From Candidatus Poribacteria bacterium (GTDB lineage: Bacteria; Poribacteria; WGA-4E; PCPOR2b), in assembly GCA_965208675.1 (NCBI GenBank), contig OZ242351.1:2784001-2848000 (forward strand): a DNA stretch of 64,000 bases. Reading direction: 5' to 3'. Position numbers and translations under genes: made by a program. Below the pieces are notes generated by a model. That model searched no databases and was not told where the DNA came from. It saw only the letters and a program-made list of their open reading frames with translations. Within the stretch, counting starts at the first letter, position 1. Every line of letters begins with the position of its first letter. Below, piece by piece: positions 20,240 through 28,796 of the stretch.

Positions 20240-21685
20240 ATGAATCCAATTCAGTTTCCTACCCATCCCATTCTACTGGTTGACGATGAAGCAGATTTCT
20301 TAGTCAGTGCAGATTATGCTCTCAAGTTAGCGGGCATTAATAATATCGTCCAATGCGGTGACAGCAGCGAAGTAATTCCGACGCTGTCGAAAAGAGACTT
20401 TTCGGTTGTCGTGCTGGACTTGCTGATGCCCGGCTTATCCGGTCTGGACATACTACCGTTGATTCTTGCGGACTTTCCAGAACTTCCCGTAGCGGTTTTC
20501 ACCGCAGTAAACAATGTGGAAACGGCGGTTGATTGTTTGAAAACTGGGGTGTACGACTACGTCCTGAAACCGATCGATAGCGCCAGGCTTGTGGCAACGG
20601 TTAGACATGGGGTAGAACTCAGCGAACTGCGGTGCCAATGTCGTCTGCTTAAGGAGCGTGTGCTGACGGACGCCTTGGAACATCCTGAAGCGTTCTCTGA
20701 CATTATTACTCAAGACAGCGGCATGCACGCCATTTTTCAATATGCCGAGGCAATCGCCCAAACCGACCTGCCAGTATTGATTACGGGCGAAACCGGTGTT
20801 GGCAAGGAACTGATTGCAGCGGCAATCCACAAGTTGAGCGGACGAGAGGGTGACTTCGTTTCAGTCAATATAGCGGGCCTCGACGACCACCTATTCTCGG
20901 ACACGCTTTTCGGCCACATAAAAGGGGCGTACACTGGGGCGGATAAGCCTCGCAAGGGATTGATTGAACAAGCGTCAAACGGCACGCTCTTCCTAGATGA
21001 AATCGGAGACCTGCACCTGGAGTCGCAGGTCAAACTGCTGCGTCTTCTGCAGGAAAGAACTTACTACCCGCTTGGCGACGATTTCCCGCGAACAAATAAC
21101 GCAAGAATAGTTGTTGCTACGAATCGAGATATACAATTCCTGAGAGAGTCCGAAACTTTTCGCAACGACCTCTACTTCCGCTTGCAAACTCATCATATTC
21201 ACCTGCCGCCGCTTCGTGACAGAGCGGGCGATATCCCGCTACTAGTTGCCCATTTCCTCAAAATCGCGGCTGAAAAACTAGGAAAGCAAATTCCCACGGC
21301 TTCACCAGAGGTCTTTACTTTGCTTAAAACGTATAATTTCCAGGGGAACGTCCGCGAACTTGAAGGCATGGTACTAGACGCTGTCAGTCGACACAAAGAG
21401 GGCGTACTCGACACACATACTTTCCGACAAGCGATTAACGAGCAGTCAACAGTTTCCGGAGAGGACATGACGCTGCAAGCAAGCGGGTTTGCGCATGTAT
21501 TGTCGGCGTTCCCCGCACTTCCGGATTTGAAGGAAACTTTGAAAGAAGCGGAACAACTGATAATTTCTGAAGCCCTTAAGCGCGCCGACAGCAACCAGAC
21601 CGTTGCCGCAAGACTCTTGGGCATATCGAAAAATGCGCTGCACAAGCGTTTAAGCCGCGCACGAACATCATCGGACGATGCGTAA
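20240..21685 (+). CDS. sigma54-dependent response regulator (NtrC/AtoC family)
   Basis: REC domain (LVDD, LDLLMP), Walker A GETGVGKE, GAYTGA, LFLDEIG, FRNDLYFRL, GNVRELE and a C-terminal Fis-type HTH. Confidence 0.93.
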   Translation: MNPIQFPTHPILLVDDEADFLVSADYALKLAGINNIVQCGDSSEVIPTLSKRDFSVVVLDLLMPGLSGLDILPLILADFPELPVAVFTAVNNVETAVDCLKTGVYDYVLKPIDSARLVATVRHGVELSELRCQCRLLKERVLTDALEHPEAFSDIITQDSGMHAIFQYAEAIAQTDLPVLITGETGVGKELIAAAIHKLSGREGDFVSVNIAGLDDHLFSDTLFGHIKGAYTGADKPRKGLIEQASNGTLFLDEIGDLHLESQVKLLRLLQERTYYPLGDDFPRTNNARIVVATNRDIQFLRESETFRNDLYFRLQTHHIHLPPLRDRAGDIPLLVAHFLKIAAEKLGKQIPTASPEVFTLLKTYNFQGNVRELEGMVLDAVSRHKEGVLDTHTFRQAINEQSTVSGEDMTLQASGFAHVLSAFPALPDLKETLKEAEQLIISEALKRADSNQTVAARLLGISKNALHKRLSRARTSSDDA

Positions 21686-21766
21686 AACGGCGTTGGCTTT
21701 TCCCACCCGCCCTCTCTAATCTGTATCAACCTGTCCTTCCACCCGCGATCACGCCTTCTAAAGGCG

Positions 21767-21785
21767 ACGCCTTTTCGGCGTTTTT
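21767..21785 (+). terminator. Possible intrinsic terminator after the response regulator
   Basis: ACGCC-TTTTC-GGCGT followed by a T-run. The stem is short. Confidence 0.35.
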
Positions 21786-21804
21786 GTAGCCATTGTGGCT
21801 ACAA
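21784..21804. promoter_or_regulatory. Candidate enhancer (UAS) for a sigma54 activator
   Basis: Perfect inverted repeat TTGTAGCCA-TTG-TGGCTACAA about 220 bp upstream of the -24/-12 box. A half-site GTAGCCA recurs near 21867. Confidence 0.5.
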
Positions 21805-22022
21805 CCCCCAAAACCCTAGTCTAGCAAGGCCTTACGTGCTTCTTAACCCCAATTTTCCCGAATCGCGTAGCCAAATTGTCGTTCCGCTCTTCATTTCTCG
21901 TCAGGACGATGGCGCGCCAGGGCGCGCCAGTCTGAAAAACATTTAAATGCCCGTATCCCTTGATACATCAGGGTTTCCGAGTCAAAACCGAGTTCAAATT
22001 CAAGCGGGATTGATTTTAGACT

Positions 22023-22038
22023 TGGCATAGAAATTGCG
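22023..22038 (+). promoter_or_regulatory. sigma54 (-24/-12) promoter
   Basis: TGGCATAGAAATTGCG with GG-N10-GC spacing, downstream of the bEBP gene and upstream of the exported-protein cluster. Confidence 0.7.
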
Positions 22039-22441
22039 CATTACGAGCCCAATCAGTAGAGCCTCCATGATCTAGAAATACTCCAAAGAAAGGAGAGGCG
22101 GAAAAATTTCTAAACTGGATTTTCGGTATCGCATATCGGTTCATTGTAGATATGCGCCGGATAAAGCAAAAACATATTGAGTGTACCTCACTCTCTCGCA
22201 ATTTCCCATTAGGCTCATTAGGCTAATGAACTTGAGGTCACAGCAGGTATTGAGTATTCGGGCAGTTCAGCAACATGCAGAGAATTGTGATTTAGAGGAC
22301 AAGTTCCTCACCTTGTAGCGTAATTCCGGCGAATTTCACTTCACAGTTTTTTTTGAATAACCGCAGGAATTTTGGCACGCTAACAAGCTTTTTTTTACCA
22401 GAAGGCAATTGCTTCTCCAAAACAGAAAGGAATAGTTTATC

Positions 22442-22663
22442 ATGACGAGAAAAGCGTTAACTCTAGGAATCGCTTTCATTTTAGTGATAGGCATGTTGTC
22501 TATTTCACTAATTACGAATTTTACCCAAGATGCAGACGCTCACCCTGCAAATTGCGTCACGATCATAATTTGCAAGAAAGATTCCGATGGCAATTTATAT
22601 GATTGTATACAGGCCACTATATGCGTACATTATCCAAACCACCCTAATTCAACTTCATCTTAG
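22442..22663 (+). CDS. Small secreted 4-Cys peptide (73 aa precursor)
   Basis: GAAAGGAA RBS, Sec-type signal ending ADA, and a 40-aa mature part with C-x5-C-x10-C-x5-C. Confidence 0.75.
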   Translation: MTRKALTLGIAFILVIGMLSISLITNFTQDADAHPANCVTIIICKKDSDGNLYDCIQATICVHYPNHPNSTSS

Positions 22664-23026
22664 AGGTCTCAGTAGTAGAAGATTGTTTGATAAAGTAGGT
22701 GACTTAGCCATTTTTGGGTGATTCGAAGGTCAAAGTCATTGGGTTTTCTAAGGTAATTACCCTAAAAAATTGATGGTACTCCCTTTTTTTTTGACCGATC
22801 AAACGTATGATGGTCTCTATCAGAAGCGGGATCCGTCTTCGAGAGCGGCAATTTAGGGATAAATGTCACGGAAACCTGATGATTTTGCCTCTCGAATAAC
22901 CCATAATGGTTTTTCACCCGCTTTTCAAATAAGTTCTAGGGAGTCGTCTTCTGTGGTTTCACTAAAAATAAGTGAAGATTAGGAAGCAGCGAGTTGGAGT
23001 GAAAAAAAAGTTATCACAAAAGTGAG

Positions 23027-23959
23027 GTGACAATGCGATTTGTAATTTATGGTATACTATGTTTAGCTTTGTTGAATTTCAGATCCGTTTTTCCAATTGA
23101 GTCTCATGGGCATGGAAAAGCACATGAATTGGAAAATGTATTGCCTATGCCGGAGAATCACACAGAATCGCACGATACTCCTGAAATTACGCAAGCGTTT
23201 AATCAAGTTACTACGAAAAAAATGTTCACTGCATTTAGGTCACCGCTTGAGAAGATTGCTCCAGAGGCAACACGCACCGAAATTTCGGCTATTGCTAAAA
23301 CTTTGTTCGGAATACATCCGCTAGCTGACGAGTGGGTATCGCGCTGTTACCGCTTGAGGCGTGATGGAAAAGGATCGTTTTCGGAACTGAAACGTTTTGC
23401 TGAATTGCAAATTCAAATGCTGTCAGACCTTGACACCACAAAACATGCCGAAGAGATTGAAGCGTATCAAGTTGCTCTGAAAGAGTTAGACCAAGTCGTC
23501 AAAATTTACAAACAGGCAAAAACAGTAAGCCTCCCGCTACGTACTTCTGAAGAGCTAGCTGGAGAAGCCTACGGTTGGGATTCGAAAGCATTAGAGCATC
23601 TTGTTAAGTTTGAGTCACTTCTTAAGGAAACAAACCTAGTAACTGCACGCGCCGAACTCTTGGAAATTGCCAAAATCCGGTTCGGAACTCATGCCCTTGC
23701 TGACGAGTGGATACCCCTTTATTTTCGCCTGAGTCATGAGGGAAAGGGGCTGATTTCAGATGTGACACGTATTTCTGAGTTGGAAATTCGAATGTTCACT
23801 GCTATTTCTGCCGAGAAGCATACTGAACCGATACAACAGCATCGAAAAGCAATGGCACAATACGGCGAAGTTGCCAAAACACTCAAAGCACAAGGTAAAA
23901 ATCTTGAAACTGTTGAAGTGGATTTCAAATCTCCCCTTGACCTTATAGGAGTATACTGA
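23027..23959 (+). CDS. Secreted hypothetical protein with tandemly duplicated ~125-aa helical domain
   Basis: Signal peptide and His-rich N-terminus. IAK..FG.H.LADEW occurs twice, 375 nt apart. Confidence 0.75.
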   Translation: MTMRFVIYGILCLALLNFRSVFPIESHGHGKAHELENVLPMPENHTESHDTPEITQAFNQVTTKKMFTAFRSPLEKIAPEATRTEISAIAKTLFGIHPLADEWVSRCYRLRRDGKGSFSELKRFAELQIQMLSDLDTTKHAEEIEAYQVALKELDQVVKIYKQAKTVSLPLRTSEELAGEAYGWDSKALEHLVKFESLLKETNLVTARAELLEIAKIRFGTHALADEWIPLYFRLSHEGKGLISDVTRISELEIRMFTAISAEKHTEPIQQHRKAMAQYGEVAKTLKAQGKNLETVEVDFKSPLDLIGVY

Positions 23960-24693
23960 TGAACATATGGTTATTGTTAGGAACGCCAAAAAAAATTATT
24001 TGTGGTCTTCTCATTCTAACCATCCTAATATGTACAGGAATTTTTTTCTACACCCAGTGGGATTTGAAACGTTTTAAAGAATCACTTAAGGAACAACCCG
24101 AAGTTTCACCGGTGACCGTCTCCCCGAGAGAAAAACTAACAGTCACGCAGGTTGAGGAAGCAGTATTGCCTGCTGAAACAGTGATACCAAAACTCTTAAT
24201 ACAGCGACCCGATGAATTTGAAATTGAAACAGAACCACCATCGCTGGAGACGTTTGATTCTGTCGTGAACAAACCCGTTCATTCTGAAGTAGAACCTTTG
24301 AACGAAGAAACTACCATTTTGCAACCAGAGGAACTTGAGGAAGAGGAAGCTACATGGGAAGGCCAGTTTCAACAAGACATAGACGGTGGGAGCGGTTTCG
24401 CAAGTCTTATTTCCATCCTGGAGTCTGATAACGTTGATATGTCTGGTGACTCAGAAGACCTTGCTACAGTCGTTCAAATGCTCAAGCGTTCGGCAGAGGG
24501 ACCAATGACCGCTGACGATTTAATTTTCATGACAAAGGCGTGGTTAAGAATTCAGCCTGATACACGGCATGTACAATCAGAGATAAATGAGACTCGCGAT
24601 TCGCTTAGGAATATACTCGAAAATCTCCAGGATGACAAGAAGAAGTCTTTGCGAAGTGGCGAAGAGACAAAGTATATGATTGATATATATTAG
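23959..24693 (+). CDS. Membrane-anchored hypothetical protein with acidic Pro/Thr/Glu-rich linker
   Basis: AGGAG RBS and TGATG coupling to the upstream gene. One N-terminal TM helix. Its stop TAG coincides with an IS5-type end. Confidence 0.7.
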   Translation: MNIWLLLGTPKKIICGLLILTILICTGIFFYTQWDLKRFKESLKEQPEVSPVTVSPREKLTVTQVEEAVLPAETVIPKLLIQRPDEFEIETEPPSLETFDSVVNKPVHSEVEPLNEETTILQPEELEEEEATWEGQFQQDIDGGSGFASLISILESDNVDMSGDSEDLATVVQMLKRSAEGPMTADDLIFMTKAWLRIQPDTRHVQSEINETRDSLRNILENLQDDKKKSLRSGEETKYMIDIY

Positions 24694-24880
24694 GTTCAGT
24701 TGGCATTTCAACGGAGCCAAATAAATAAGCGTGGAGACAAACCTTCAGAAATCCAAAATAACGGGCAGCCAACTTCTCGAACCGCGAGAAGATACGACGA
24801 TACCATTTTAGCTTGTTGGTGAAACATTCAACCAGATGTCTCTCTTTGTATGTATAAATGCGGTTCTTATGTTCTTTGAG
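24691..24880 (-). mobile_element. IS5-family transposase 3' remnant with terminal inverted repeat
   Basis: YKERHLVECFTNKLKWYRRIFSRFEKLAARYFGFL followed by a frameshifted FVSTLI..WLR*. The end reads TAGGTTCAGTTGGCATT. Confidence 0.8.
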
Positions 24881-25030
24881 CACCACAATTACGTCGAGGC
24901 GGAATCGCCGCCATGACTCCATTTGTCTGAGGTATAATAGTGCTTAGGGTAATTGCGAAAGTTTTCGCTAATTTCTTCTGAAGTGAAAGAATCTACATGG
25001 CTAACTCTTTAGTCTGAAAGGAGCAAAAAA

Positions 25031-25804
25031 ATGTCGTTCATAAGGAAACGTAGCAGGTATGTTCTTGGAGCCTCGTTGATTTCTGTTACGTTGTTTTTCG
25101 TATTCATAACGTACTACGTTGCCTATAAACCACAACCCGAATCCCAAATCGTCTATGTCCTTCCTGAGCGTGACCCGTCACGTGTAGACAACTTTACCGG
25201 TGATTCGCCATCCACAGTTGCCCACGTTTCTCCTCGCGCTCCACAATCCACAAATAGCACAACACAAAAGGCACCGGCAGTGTACTCTAACAACAACGAC
25301 ACCGAAGACACCGAAACCCTCGAAGATGGTAGCTATGAAGAAACAACTTTCTTGCCGCAAGCCACTAACGCGAACAGCGGTCGAAGTATGGCGCCCGAAC
25401 AGTTTCAAGCACTTCAAGAACGTGACAAGCGCTTGGTCGCATGGAAACGCGATTTCACAGAATACTTGGCGAAAGATCGAGCGTATACTGACGCCGACGT
25501 TGCCCGAGGGGTTTTGGCTATACGCACTATGAAAGCATTCACAGGATCGGTCTTGGGTACTCTATCACCCGAGAAACGCCAGACACTTCGTGACGCTATT
25601 GATGAAAACCTCTCCGATAACCTCTCAGTTGAAGAAGTGCAAGAGTTTTGGGAAGAAGTGCCAGGCAACCCGACAGAATCGCCCAATCAGCTTCTGTCCA
25701 ATCTCCGGGAATTACTACGCCCTGATGAAAAATCCAAAAAGGAATGGTATGAACTGAAACGTGAATCTGATCGGCTTCTAGCCGATTTAAATTCCCAACT
25801 ATGA
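25031..25804 (+). CDS. Membrane-anchored hypothetical protein with Ser/Thr/Pro-rich linker
   Basis: GAAAGGAG RBS, N-terminal TM helix, low-complexity linker and helical C-terminal region. Confidence 0.72.
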   Translation: MSFIRKRSRYVLGASLISVTLFFVFITYYVAYKPQPESQIVYVLPERDPSRVDNFTGDSPSTVAHVSPRAPQSTNSTTQKAPAVYSNNNDTEDTETLEDGSYEETTFLPQATNANSGRSMAPEQFQALQERDKRLVAWKRDFTEYLAKDRAYTDADVARGVLAIRTMKAFTGSVLGTLSPEKRQTLRDAIDENLSDNLSVEEVQEFWEEVPGNPTESPNQLLSNLRELLRPDEKSKKEWYELKRESDRLLADLNSQL

Positions 25805-25819
25805 AAGGAGTATACCACC

Positions 25820-26260
25820 ATGAGAAAACAGTTAGTATCCGTCACAAGTTTGATTGTTTTATGTTTGCATATTTTCACGTTCTACTGTCACAGCCACGAC
25901 GATAACAACTGCCAGTCTTATCGTGATGCGTACGAGGCGGCAAAGAAAGCACGTGAAGAGGCGTGGAAAGATAAGGAAGCAGCTGGCAGAACAGTTTTTT
26001 GGTCCGGGCTCGGGGGGGCTGGTGGCGGTGCCTTTTCAGGAGGGCCAATTGGCATGGCTATTGGTGTGGGCATTTCCCTTGCCGCAACGTACCCAGGATA
26101 CATGCGTGCTATGGAAAAATACACAGACGCGGTAATCGCTTTAAGGGCAGCTACAGATGCATTGCAAGACTGTCTTGATAATCTTGGGCAAGATAATAAT
26201 AGTAATATTCAAGATGGGGGAAACGACGAAGCAAGAAGAGATGAAGAATCAAGCAGTTGA
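25820..26260 (+). CDS. Secreted glycine-zipper/hydrophobic-hairpin protein
   Basis: GAAAGGAG RBS and signal peptide. Helix - GLGGAGGGAFSGGPIGMAIGVGISLAA - helix, flanked by two Cys. Confidence 0.75.
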   Translation: MRKQLVSVTSLIVLCLHIFTFYCHSHDDNNCQSYRDAYEAAKKAREEAWKDKEAAGRTVFWSGLGGAGGGAFSGGPIGMAIGVGISLAATYPGYMRAMEKYTDAVIALRAATDALQDCLDNLGQDNNSNIQDGGNDEARRDEESSS

Positions 26261-26281
26261 TAACCAAGGCAAAATAGATTA

Positions 26282-26388
26282 GGGTCTGTTTGAAAAGTAG
26301 GTGGAAACCCGATTGTTGGGACATGTGAGTGTTAAAACCACTGGATTTCCAAGGCGTTTACCCCAAATTAGACTTTTCAAACAGTCTC
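26282..26388. mobile_element. MITE-like element (107 bp)
   Basis: 17-bp terminal inverted repeats GGGTCTGTTTGAAAAGT / ACTTTTCAAACAGTCTC (15/17 match). Confidence 0.65.
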
Positions 26389-26393
26389 AGAAT

Positions 26394-26411
26394 CTAGGTT
26401 CTGTTGACATT
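26394..26411. mobile_element. Isolated IS5-type end
   Basis: CTAGGTTCTGTTGACATT is nearly identical to the IS end at 24691 and in the same orientation. Confidence 0.5.
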
Positions 26412-26460
26412 ACATTGAAGAAGAGAAGAGGAAATCAGTATTCTCAAAACCACCCACCCA

Positions 26461-28143
26461 ATGAAACGCTTCTCTCTCATTTTGGTATTATGCTTGTTTG
26501 CGATTGCTTCAGTACCGCGACTCTTTTCTTTAGGTGCCCACTGGTCAAGTGATGAAGCACTGTGGTTACGTCGCAGTACGGATTTCATGTTGGCCGTTAA
26601 GGAGCGCAATTTCTCAAAAACCCTCGTATCTTACCACCCCGGCGTCATGACGATGTGGATTGCCGGACTCCGCACGTTTTTTTTTGAACCAAAGGTAAAT
26701 GTTCGAAACCTTGCATTTGGCCGGTGGTTTATCGGCGTAGTGGTGTTGATAGGGCTTGTTGCCGCGTTTTTCTTGCTGTATCGACTGTTCGGGCTTTGGG
26801 TTTCAGTCATCAGTTTCACGTTTTTAGTCTGCTCTCCGCTGTTTTTAGCTCAATCTCGCCGCGTCCACACCGATGCGTTAGCAGCGGTTTTCTGCTTGTT
26901 GGCGGTATTAGCTTTCCTACTGTATTGCCAAACTCCGAAGAAACAGCGCTATCTGATTGGTTCCGGGGTTGCCTTTGGGTTGGCGTGCCTTGCCAAAAGC
27001 TATTCGCTCATCCTGCTATTGTGGGTGCCGCTCTGTTTAGGGTTATTCCGGAATGAATCGGTGATTTGGCGACAGTTCCTTTTTAACTCTCTTGGAGTGG
27101 CGATTTGTTTTCTGAGTTGCGCGTTGCTAACTGCATTTGTGCTGTGGCCCGTTTTCTGGACGTTCCCCTTTTTTATCTTTGGGTTGTGTCTGTTAGGTAT
27201 TATCGCCTTTACGCATCGGTGGTCGCAAAAAGAGACACATCAGCTACTCCTGCCGTATTTATCGTCATTTCTGGTGTTAGGTGTGGTTTGCGTCTGTGTG
27301 ATGCGGACGGTTTGGCTTGTCTTAGATAGAGTTGGCTGGGCGGTGACCACACCGCATGAGGTAGAACATTTCTTTTTAGGGCAGGTGGTCCATGATCCCG
27401 GCTGGTTCTTCTACCCGTTAGTGCTTTGTATAAAGAGTACACCGTTAACGCCTTCCCTTGCACTCGGCGGGTGTCTCTTTCTTTGGTGGCGGCGGGGGCA
27501 GGAAGAATGCGCACGGCAGTTTCGGATAGCGCTCGGATTGATGGCTGTTGTTTTACTGTTTACTGTCTGTCTCTCGCTGACGAGTAAAAAGTTCAGTCGG
27601 TATCTGTTACCTGCGTTCCCGATTTTGGAGATACTCGCAGCAGTTGGGTTTGTTGCGTTCCTCAAGTGGAGCTATTCCTACATCAACACCCGCTTCAGCA
27701 CCGAAGCAACCCTTCCTAAAGTTTTCTTTTGCGTCGTTGCAATCCTCTGCTTCTTTATGATTCAGGTGATTCCGGTATTACGGCTGCATCCCTACTACGG
27801 CACGTACTACAATCTCTGCTTCAAGTTGACCGATATAACAAAAATCATCACGGTAGGAGAAGCGTCGGGTTTGGATATTGCCGCAAAATATCTCAATCAG
27901 AAGCCGAACGCCCACAAAATTAACGTTCAAGTATCACCGTTGGCAACAGAATTTGTGCGTCGGTATTTTATAGGAAACGCGTATCGGGCAGACAGAGAAA
28001 CGAGGCTGAAACCGGCGTATGAGGTAGTCTATATTCGCGACTTACAAATTGGGCGTGTGCCACAATCAGGGACGTTGCATGGAACGTTGGAGTGTATAAT
28101 AACACTCAACGGGATTGACCATGTTTGGATTTATCGGGTATAA
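26461..28143 (+). CDS. GT-C fold glycosyltransferase (ArnT/PMT_2-like, GT39/GT83-type)
   Basis: DE motif after TM1 (SSDEALW), HPG, HTDA, AKSY and RYLLP motifs, many TM helices and a C-terminal soluble domain. Confidence 0.82.
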   Translation: MKRFSLILVLCLFAIASVPRLFSLGAHWSSDEALWLRRSTDFMLAVKERNFSKTLVSYHPGVMTMWIAGLRTFFFEPKVNVRNLAFGRWFIGVVVLIGLVAAFFLLYRLFGLWVSVISFTFLVCSPLFLAQSRRVHTDALAAVFCLLAVLAFLLYCQTPKKQRYLIGSGVAFGLACLAKSYSLILLLWVPLCLGLFRNESVIWRQFLFNSLGVAICFLSCALLTAFVLWPVFWTFPFFIFGLCLLGIIAFTHRWSQKETHQLLLPYLSSFLVLGVVCVCVMRTVWLVLDRVGWAVTTPHEVEHFFLGQVVHDPGWFFYPLVLCIKSTPLTPSLALGGCLFLWWRRGQEECARQFRIALGLMAVVLLFTVCLSLTSKKFSRYLLPAFPILEILAAVGFVAFLKWSYSYINTRFSTEATLPKVFFCVVAILCFFMIQVIPVLRLHPYYGTYYNLCFKLTDITKIITVGEASGLDIAAKYLNQKPNAHKINVQVSPLATEFVRRYFIGNAYRADRETRLKPAYEVVYIRDLQIGRVPQSGTLHGTLECIITLNGIDHVWIYRV

Positions 28144-28420
28144 AGAGGTCCGTGCAGGGGAACTGAATCCCGTTTCGATTCCGCGTTCCATAGTTCTGCT
28201 CTCGGAGCATTAATACTCAAAAATTAGCTCGCCGAAATTGCTATGATGATTTTGTGTAAAGATACCTGAGACTAACTGATTTGAAATCAACGCAGTGCAT
28301 CGGGTAACTACAAGTGAAAACAGCTCTGAAAATTTCGACTCGACTGTTGCATACGCTTCAGCGAATTCGCAATTCTTAAACCGATTAACCATCGGATTCA
28401 AGGTATGATGGGGATAATTA

Positions 28421-28655
28421 GGGCGTCGGATACACCGATTCTTCAAACCGCCGAGAATCTGAGAAAACTACTGTTGGAAATGCGACACAGACGACCACCC
28501 AAGTCATCGTCATTCAGTTTCTATGCAATATGAGCAAGGCGTCGTCTTTGGCAAACGGGCGTTTTCGCGTGCAGGGAAAGAGGTGTTCATGAAGATTGAC
28601 GCCGATTTGCAAGACGGTCCTAACGAAATTCGAGACATGATAGCGAAATTGAGGA
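28421..28655 (+). pseudogene. Decayed fragment of a GT2 gene paralogous to 29480-30517
   Basis: Aligns by eye with 29681-29915 (AAGTCATCGTCATTCAGTTT..GATTGACGCCGATTTGCAAGACG vs AAGTCATCGTCATCCAGTTT..GATTGATGCCGATCTGCAAGACG) and contains indels. Confidence 0.75.
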
Positions 28656-28796
28656 GAAATACCGTGTTGTTCCCTTGCATAGAAAGAAAAAGAAGGTAAT
28701 TGCACAGTCCCCCAAAATGTTGAAGTAGCGTATCCGCAGCGTTAGCTATCAGACTTGCAATTCGCTGATGGATCTAGTGGAAAATTGGAGGCGGAG

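Noticed and set aside
21911-21930. Direct repeat GGCGCGCCAG x2
   Set aside because: It is too short to interpret and could be simple slippage. No function can be supported.
22372-22389. Second sigma54 promoter TTGGCACGCTAACAAGC
   Set aside because: GG-to-GC spacing is 11 rather than the required 10.
24605-24922. Intact 105-aa transposase ORF
   Set aside because: Only the C-terminal fragment of an IS5 transposase is present and it is frameshifted, so it is reported as a remnant.
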